DNA of 64,000 nt from Octopus vulgaris (Eukaryota). A program made the translations under genes and the position numbers. The DNA is taken from assembly GCA_951406725.2 (NCBI GenBank), contig OX597816.1, forward strand, positions 5,084,001-5,148,000. Direction: 5' to 3'. Below are positions 54,440 through 64,000 of the stretch, piece by piece (position 1 is the stretch's first letter; each line of letters opens with the position of its first letter). A model generated the notes under the pieces. It was not told where the DNA came from and searched no databases. It saw only the letters and a list, made by a program, of their open reading frames with translations.

Positions 54440-55080
54440 GTTTTTTGTGTTGCTTAGAAGATGTACTCACTGAGTTGTCGGAGGAGGAGGAGGAGGAGGA
54501 GCTAGTAAGGGCGGTCATAAAGATGAACGGAGTGCTGAAGACAAGGAGTTTTGCTGAAGCCACGGAGGTGAAGCGAAGGGAGCTGGACTTGGCTGGTCTA
54601 AAGGAATATAAGAAGATGTCTCAGAAGGTGGGCGGCGACGTGAAGTTGTCACTCCCCAAAGGAATTATGGAGAGGACGGAGAAGAAAACGATCCCCTATA
54701 AGGTGCACTCGTTGAAAGAAAAAAGGCAGAACAGGTGGAGGCAGAAGTGGAAAAGACGCTGAGAGAACGATCAAAAAAACATACATGACCAAAGGAAGAA
54801 GACATGGGACAATGGTCGTCCATTTTAGGACAGTAGAGGAGACGAGGAGGCTGGCGAGTATGGCGGTGAAAACAGAGGAAGTAGTGCTTCTGCCCACATA
54901 CCTTGGAAGAAAGACTTCCAAGGTGAGGGTAGAAGCAATTCCACTGGATATAGAAGTGGCTTCGGTAGCGGCAGCTGCCCTTGTTGGAAGCGAGGAAAAG
55001 GTGGCTGTCCTCTAAGCCACAGAAATAGAAGAAGGAGGATGGAAAGGAAAGACTCATTATTCAGACGGAGGAAGTCAACA
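54440..55080 (+). mobile_element. Probable Tx1/L1-type ORF1 relic
   Basis: Purine-rich broken ORFs: RSFAEA..; GTMVVHFRTVEETRRL..LLPTYLGRKTSKVRVEAIP (RRM-like ORF1 pattern). Confidence 0.5.
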
Positions 55081-55799
55081 TAAAGTAGAAAATCTTTGAG
55101 AAGTGCAAGACTTGTTTTTGATAGCAGGAGAAAATGCAGGTTATATTTAGCCAAAAACTAACCATATTAAAATACTCTAAGCACCCAAATATCTACCTAA
55201 ACTACAGATGTGAGATCTTTTGCACTTGCCCACATGAAGGAAAGTATATTATGTCGTATCTACAGGCCCCATCATGGCTATAGTCTCCAGTCCTCCACCT
55301 TCAGCATTTTCACACCTTTATCCTGAAAACTCTGAACAGATTTTAACTAAACATATGAGCCCTAACATGGGATTAAGTTTTCAAACTCTCACCCAATACC
55401 CCCATCCTCCTCATAAACCTGTGCATATAATACCTTTATACACATTCGAACCCTACACAAACCAACCCCTAACCCCGACCCACCTTTTCAGAAAACGCTT
55501 GTAGATTCACTTCTCAAAGACCTTTGGGATCGAGAAGATATAACTCATGCTATAACCCTTGTTCATTTCGTTTCGTCTTTGTTCACAAACCCGATGTGAT
55601 TTTTCACCTCCAATAACAGTCAGCAGTTACCATATTGTTTTTTTTATATACATTCTTGCTCTGACGAGCACACAGTATTACGTAACCGTGCTGTTAACTA
55701 GCGTCCAGTTTAATACAAGTGCAAAACCGATTGTCAACTATTATAAAATTGCAGATATGCCACACCTCAAAAGGGAACTTTCTCTTACGCTTTGCTTCA

Positions 55800-55968
55800 T
55801 GAGCATCAGTACTGATCTGGTAAAACTGAATCTACTGGAAGTTTACCTTACTTACCAGTAATTCTCTCCGTCGAGGAATTTGGTAAAAGTAGCGGTGTTA
55901 CACTCGACATCAGAAAAGCTTTCAGCCATATTTGGTGGTATGCAAATCTATGGAAATTCTGTGCTTAG
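55800..55968 (+). mobile_element. Jockey/CR1-group reverse transcriptase fragment
   Basis: SVEEFGKSSGVTLDIRKAFSHIWW matches the LDISKAFDxVWH motif. Confidence 0.65.
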
Positions 55969-55994
55969 AGGTACCATTTTTATCTCACAATCAC

Positions 55995-57090
<1,096 letters not shown>

Positions 57091-57899
57091 GAACATTCTT
57101 CCTCCTACTACCATGCAATATCTTCACCACTCTTACTGTCACTTCCCCCTCCCCCCTCCAACTTCTTCTCCCTCCTTCTTTCTCTCACTCCATTCTTATA
57201 GACACATTATCCATTCTATTCTTCTTCGTTTCAATATATACACCATCGAAAAAAGACAAATAAAAACTAAAGCAATAACACCCAGAAAAATAGAAAAAAA
57301 AAAACGACAAAAAATATAAATGAAATAAGCAGGAATATTGAAAAGCGAAAAAAGACACGACAAACACAGTGAAAATGACTCAGCAAACCAGATTTGCAAA
57401 TGGAACTGTTGTTGCATTCTTCGCTGAAATAAATACGAGTGAAAACTGCCAAGATAGATGAAATTAGTTGATGATTTGTCAGAAATAATGAAAAATCTGA
57501 AGCAGATTTTGCTATATATCTTATTAAAGTATTTCTGTAGATTATTGATTTATGTAGGAGTTTACAGTGATGGGTTTTATTTAGTTTTTCGTTTGGATAT
57601 CTTAAATCAAAGAATGCTTTCCTTTTTGTCTGGTTTTGTTTTGAATTTTTGTTTTCTTCTCTTATTTGGTTGTCTTTTATAGTTTCGCATTAGATTCGTG
57701 TGTAAGAAGTTTGGCAGTAAAGAAATATGTAAGTTAGGTAACTCAGGTAGAGCATCGCACTGCTTTGTCTTTGAGGACGTGACACGGAATCTTACAGCTT
57801 AATTTGAAATGAAGAATGTGTGTTCTGTGAAACAGTAACTCAAAATTAGGATTGTCTTAGACGTAACAAAGATTTGTTTGTAAAGCAGTATGGAGGGGG

Positions 57900-58646
57900 G
57901 TCATGTATTGCGACAGCACGTCGCTGCATCCACCATTTGGTGGTAATTCCCTACTTCCGGTGAATGATACCTTTGCACCACTCAGGCAACAACCCTCCAA
58001 CCGGTGGGTCTGTTTGGGGAGTCAAGGCTGGCGAGGATTTTAAGAAGTTGGAGTGCAGATCCTACCTCAAGCTTGGTGAGTCATGGCTGGCGAGGATTTT
58101 AAGAGGCTGGGCGGACGGCAGATCCTACCTCAAGCTCTTTTAATCGTCTTTTATGATGCAGAGAGGAAGTGTTGGGTCTCTTCTTTAACGTACCAGACCC
58201 ACACAGCATTAGAGCAACATGTAAAGACGGATTTGCTTGGTGAGTCATGGCTGGCGAGGATTTTAAGAGGTTCAGGGGTAGATCCTAACTCAAGCTCATT
58301 TAGTCGTCTTTTATGACACACAGAGGAAATGTTGGATCTATTCTTAAACGTGCCAGACCCACACAGCATTAGAGCAACATGTAAAGACGGATTTGCTTGG
58401 TGAGTCATGGCTGGCGAGGATTTTAAGAGGTTCAGGGGTAGATCCTAACTCAAGCTCATTTAGTCGTCTTTTATGACACACAGAGGAAATGTTGGATCTA
58501 TTCTTTGACGTGCCAAAACCACACAGTATTAGAGCAACATGTAAAGAAGGGTTTGTCTCGAGAAAGCAACATGTTGCTCAATCCAGGAATTGAACCCATG
58601 ATCTGGTGGTCATGAGTGCAACATCCTAACCGCTAGGCGATGTGCT
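57900..58646 (-). mobile_element. tRNA-headed SINE-like element with an internal ~160-bp segment tripled
   Basis: Minus-strand head cgcctagcggttagg..gggttcaattcc at 58646-58580; units start at ~58071, ~58235 and ~58394. Confidence 0.7.
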
Positions 58647-58779
58647 GAAACCAATGAAGTCGTTTTATTGACCTTGGGGTGATGTAACGCAACATCTGAC
58701 CTAAAGGGTTCTGCTTCTCTGAAGACAGTTGTTCGTTTGGAAAGATAAATGTTGTTGGAGATAATAATAGTTTCTTTGC

Positions 58780-58897
58780 AGAAATCAGTTAATATTTAGT
58801 GTTTAAACTGGTTGCATCCAGAGCATATGGCGTAGTGGTTAAGAGCTACTAACCCCAAGATTCCGAGTTCGATTCAAGGCCGTGACCTGAATAATAA

Positions 58898-58955
<58 letters not shown>

Positions 58956-59255
58956 CATCATTATCATTCATGTCACGAACTTGAATCGAACTCGGAATCT
59001 TGGGGTTAGTAGCTCTTAACCACTACACCATATGCCCTGAATACAACCAGGTTAAACACTAAATGCTTGCTAATTTCTATAATAATAATAATAATAACAT
59101 CGAAAAATATCTTAGGAATGAGAACCCAAGTTCGAAATTTCCCCCAAGACACCTGATGAAGGCTGGAGGGTATATCAGCCGAAACGTTGTGTTAACAACA
59201 AAAAAGATGTTTGTTGTTAACATATATCCATCAAATGTAAATAATGTAAATAATG
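58780..59255 (+). mobile_element. tRNA-headed, hammerhead-tailed element with inverted duplication of head plus flank
   Basis: A box TGGCGTAGTGG, B box GTTCGATTC; arms 58780-58891 and 58967-59078 are reverse complements; hammerhead at 59148-59193. Confidence 0.75.
59148..59193 (+). ncRNA. Minimal type I hammerhead ribozyme motif
   Basis: GACAC-CUGAUGA-A-GGCUG..CAGCC-GAAA-CG-UU^GUGUU. Confidence 0.8.
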
Positions 59256-60825
59256 TTCTACCTGTTGTATGTTCAAATTGTCCTGATCTGACTTCTCACA
59301 CTGTTATAATGTGGATCCTCATCTGCTTGTATATTATTGTCGCCACTATTACGTTGTAGCGGTATTGCTCATCTTGTTATCTTTGACTCGTCTATCGTGC
59401 TATTGCTGACAGTTCCGCAAGATAATAACTTTGAAACATCTACCTTGATGGTAACTTAAACGCGTATATATCACACATAAATGGCACTGACTCCAACTGA
59501 GAAATTCATACAACGATTCTACTACTATTGTCCTCCCACAACGACTGAATGTCTAGCTTTGTAGTGAATAAGTCATACCATTTTTGCCACGTGGGAAGGG
59601 GTGTACCATTTCACTACGACACACACCTACCCTACAATGTCATCATCATCATAATCTATCATCCGTTTTCCATGCTGGCATGGATTAGACATTTTGATAG
59701 GAGCAGTTGTCTGTTTTGGCATGGTTGGATACCCTTCCTAATACCAAATTGTACTGAGTACTTTTTACATGGCACCATCCCCATGGCACCAGCACATTTA
59801 GTAAAACTAATTCCATTCATTATTGAGGTGCCGGGGTGGAATAATACCAAGGATTAAACTCAGTTCTATGTTTCACTTTGTCTCAAATGAAAGTTCTTGA
59901 ACCAAATGTTAGGTCTTTTCTCAAATGAAAGGTCTTGAACTAAATGTGGAATCTTGTCTCAAATGTTAAGAATCAATATGGGATCATTTCTAAAAGGATT
60001 GAAGAATATTTTGGTTAGAGTTCAACCAAATGTGTTCAGTGTTTACAACCAATGATCCTCTACATTCTGAACTGAAATGTCTTTAAGGACTGATATTGTC
60101 TCCAATCTTTCCAGAATTAATAAAATAAATAGATTTGTCAATATACTCAGATCGATTTAATCAGCTGAGTGCCCCGTTTCCAAGGAAACAAATCAATATT
60201 TCTGATTCAATGAAACAACTTAGTATTTCGCCTCAAAATTGTTTTTAACTTTCCTTATTTCACTTTTATACGTTTTATTATCAAATGTTGAATATGATCT
60301 AACTTCTGTAAATGGTGATCAATTACTAGAATCATTCGCATACCAGATAAAATGTTTGGTGGCATTTCATCTGCCTGTACATTCCAAGTTCAAGTTCCGC
60401 CAAGGTCAGCTTTGCCTCGATAAAATACAAATCCCTTCATCAGATTTGATCCTCTTCTCCAAAAGTACTGACCCTGTACCAAAATGTAAAACCAATTTCT
60501 GTAATGTGGCACCAAACATAATCCAACTGTTTTGATTTCAATTGCTTCTTAGTGACGTTATTGGCATTTATTAAAGTTAGAATCAGTAAGACTCTGAAAC
60601 TTGGTTCCTTCATAACACTTTGGGTCCTTCAGAAAATTACTCACACATCAGGAGGGGATCCAAGATTTTTTGTTTTGAGTGTTGCCCAAAAGTTTCAAAA
60701 AAATTCTATACAATGTGGGAATCACAATTCATAACAAATGGAACCATTTTAATATATTCTAGCTTTGTTGTAGCAGACCATATGCATAGGAAAGAGTATT
60801 TCTGTGAAACTGCTGGAAATAATAT

Positions 60826-61067
60826 TTCGTTTTTGGATTTGGTTTGCAGGATTCTTTATATGAGTTCGTGTGTTGAAGCATATTCTGTTTTGTCTTGGGG
60901 GAGTAATTTTCTTCTGGTGCCTTATAATGTAACACGCTCACCGGTAAAATTTCCACTTTTTTTGTTATTTCTATTTTCCTAAAAGTCAAGACTCAACGAA
61001 TATTTTAGGAAAATAAAATAAGAAAAAAAGTGGAAATTTTACCGGTGAGTGTGTTACGTTATAAGGC
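60826..61067. repeat. Family D as an inverted pair (foldback); right arm interrupted by SINE-C
   Basis: 60919-60984 is the reverse complement of 61002-61067; arm resumes at 61454 (..aaggcacaacagaatat). Confidence 0.85.
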
Positions 61068-61453
61068 GGAGGCGCAATGGCCCAGTGGTTAGGGCAGCGG
61101 ACTCGCGGTCGTAGGATCGCGGTTTCGATTCCCAGACCGGGCGTTGTGAGTGTTTATTGAGCGAAGACACCTAAAAGCTCCCCGAGTCTCCGGCAAGGAT
61201 GGTGGTGATCCCTGCTGTACTCTTTCACCACAACTTTCTCTCACTCTTACTTCCTGTTTCTGTTGTGCCTGTATTTCAAAGAGCCGGCCTTGTCACTCTC
61301 TGTGTCACGCTGAATCTCCCCGAGAACTACGTTAAGGGTACACGTGTCTGTGGAGCGCTCAGCCACTTACACGTTAATTTCACAAGCTGGCTGTTCCGTT
61401 GATCGGATCAACCGGAACCCTCGTCGTCGTAATCGACGGAGTGCTTCCATCCA
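61068..61453 (+). mobile_element. SINE-C, full length with TSD
   Basis: TSD tacgtt(a/t)taaggc at 61055-61067 and 61454-61466; tail ttccatcca. Confidence 0.95.
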
Positions 61454-62589
61454 TACGTTTTAAGGCACAACAGAATATTCTGGAACTAAAATAACAATGT
61501 TATTATATTTACAACAGTGCAGCAAAAATGGTTGTTGCTTGGGCAACTAGGACAACACTCTGCATCCACCACTGCACATCCCTTAAAATTGGATATAATG
61601 AATTCATTCTGAAGTTCTTTATTTAAAGCAAAAGTTTTAAACTTTTCCACAACTAAGGACCACTTTTATTTATAAGGACCCCAGATTTTTTGAAAACTCT
61701 ATTTGGTAAGTTCATGTTTTTAAGTAACAACTAATTCGTTTTCCAAGTTTTATCTCTCAACTAAAAGAACTGAAGAATTATATATAACAAGGTGTATTTT
61801 ATGCTGCAGTTCTTTGAAATTTCAAACACAGCTCACAGACCCCCAGGTGTTTGTAGGTTCCGGAGTAGGAACTGATGATCTGGAACAAGAGAGCTAAGCA
61901 AAGTTCAGCTGCTTATAGCATGTGTTCTGCACCAGGTCAAGCCACCTATTTATAACTAGAGGTCACTTTGAGAATCAAATGTACAGAGATTCTCTTCAGA
62001 CTACACAGCTGCAACGCTAACATATAAATTACTGAACTGACCAGATACAGCGCTTTCACAAGAAAACTAGTCATGTACTTAATTAAATGAAATGATTGCT
62101 ACAAGATTTTTTTTTCCATTTCCTATTTCGAATTAAACATGACAGAATGACAAGTTATGAATAGAATCTGATACAACAGGAAAAACAGACATTGTAAATT
62201 ATTTAAGATATTGTTTTCATTACTGGAGAGGAAACTGGTTTCTCCATTGATAGGATAAAAAAGAAAGAGAGTACAGAAATAAATTTATATGATGTTTCTG
62301 CTCACTGGTAAGGCATTCCGTTCATGATATAATACGTTGCTGGAATATCCAATTAACACAGAGTTCACAGTGTAATACCATTCCTTCTTAGAGATTCAAA
62401 TTACTTTTCTGATAATTTATTGCCATTTTGTTATCAACTTAATTTTAATTCCCTTTTATAGGATGACATAGTGACATTTTGATGGAAAAGATGGCCACTA
62501 ATCTTTACGTTTAATATGATACCAACATATCTGTGATGTTTGTGTCCATCTGTCTACAAACGGACCTCTGTATGTGACTGTGTATGTAT

Positions 62590-62591
62590 GA

Positions 62592-62622
<31 letters not shown>

Positions 62623-62672
62623 AGTGTGTGTGTGTGTGTGTGTGTGAGCATGTTCATCTCAGTGTGCGTTTT

Positions 62673-62720
<48 letters not shown>

Positions 62721-62984
62721 CATGTTCATCTCAGTGTGCGTTTTTGTGAGTGTGTGTGTGTGTGAGCATGTTCATCTCAGTGTGCGTTTTTGTGAGTGTG
62801 TGTGTGTGTGAGCATGTTCATCTCAGTGTGCGTTTTTGTGACTGTGTATGTATGTGTGTGTGTGTGTGTGTGAGCATGTTCATCTCAGTGTGCGTTTTTG
62901 TGACTGTGTATGTATGTGTGTATGTGTGTGAGCATGTTCATCTCAGTGTGCGTTTTTGTGAGTGTGTGTGTGTGTGTGTGCGCG

Positions 62985-63017
<33 letters not shown>
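62590..63017. repeat. Minisatellite: gagcatgttcatctcagtgtgcgtttttgtga plus variable (TG)n, six units
   Basis: Direct reading. Confidence 0.95.
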
Positions 63018-63018
<1 letters not shown>

Positions 63019-63704
63019 GCGGTTGTATTTACTCGTGGGAATATTTCAACGAACAATTTCAAATGCCAACAGAATTTAACCCATCCGCTACGAGATGCAT
63101 AATTCTCAGGCGGCCTTGCTACAGCCGGAGGTTGATGATGTTTTGCACAGTTGGCAAGTGTTTAATTAGTGAAGTGTGAAGGGTGGAAGATGACACATTT
63201 AATGGAGTCAGCAAAAGACAATATATCTAATCAATTAGAATTATATCCATAACCAAGAGAATAATTACTAACGTTAATGATAATACTTATCGTGAGGGGC
63301 AAGGGAGACCACTTGGAAGTCAAGATTGATCAAAAACAATTCAGAGTGTCAAGTAGGGTTGTTTGATTTTTGGTAAACACTCGGACACATGCATATGTTT
63401 TCCAGTCTTATGAAACCTTTTCATTAAACAATAATCTTGAGATGATAAAAACATTCACCGATTTAAGATATTAAATTAGTGGCTAGTTTGATATGTTACT
63501 CAAATTATTTCTTAAGGTGTTCAGAGAAAGATAGACTCTGTTTGGCAAACTAACCTGGATACACCTCATAAGAGATAAGGCCCTATAACTCCAAAGATCT
63601 CTGAAGCAACATATTCAACAAAAACAATAGAAAATTTCAACAGCTGAAAACAAATTAATTGTCTCTGTTGTTTAGTTTATTAATTATTATGTAATAATAA
63701 AGTA

Positions 63705-63968
63705 TTTTGCCCGGCGTGCTAACGGTTTTGCCAGCTCACCGCCGTTACAATATTTCTTAATTGCCCACAGGGGGATAAACAAGGACAGACAAAGGGATTC
63801 AGTTGACTACATCGACTCCCAGTGTGTAACTTGGTACTTAACTTATCAACCCCGAAAGGATGAAAGGCAAAGTTGACTTCAGTGGAATTTGAACTCAGAA
63901 CGTAACAGCAGACGAAATACTGCTGCGCATTTCGCCCAGCATGCTAAAGATTCTGCCAGCTCACCACC
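63705..63968 (-). mobile_element. SINE-A plus adjacent head fragment
   Basis: Core gaaaggatgaaaggcaaagttgac, head ttctgccagctcacc. Confidence 0.88.
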
Positions 63969-64000
63969 CTATTTGGTAATAATACTATATAAAAAGGATC

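Noticed and set aside
55660-55710. CUGACGA followed by a GCAC/GUGC stem
   Set aside because: No GAAA after stem II, so not a hammerhead
58822-58886. tRNA gene
   Set aside because: Anticodon arm truncated and no acceptor-stem closure or T-run terminator; a SINE-type head (same for the SINE-A/B/C heads)
62590-63017. CRISPR-like repeat/spacer pattern
   Set aside because: Spacers are (TG)n rather than unique, no cas genes, eukaryotic context

Overview
This is AT-rich, microsatellite-dense eukaryotic DNA. The repeat repertoire resembles, from recall, an octopus (coleoid cephalopod) genome; that assignment is unverified. Almost all ORFs in the supplied track are microsatellite or SINE translation noise. 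Host gene: there is one well-supported minus-strand internal coding exon (15018-14292, 727 nt, canonical splice sites, K/T/S-rich, no recognisable domain), plus two candidate partner exons (an ATG-terminated first exon ending at 39255 and a 15-nt microexon at 8269-8255). Transposons: three abundant tRNA-derived SINE families (here called A, B, C), R4/Dong-type RLE LINE fragments, CR1-group and Tx1/L1-type LINE relics, and a mariner relic. The most striking unannotated signal is nine minimal type I hammerhead-ribozyme motifs from at least four sequence families, in the Penelope/retrozyme style. One has a predicted cleavage site 35 nt upstream of the candidate microexon, on the gene's sense strand. 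Another forms the tail of a tRNA-headed element arranged as a foldback. SINE/LINE 3'-tail partnerships and apparent self-targeting of SINE-A are also visible. Repeat boundaries were read by eye and are approximate.
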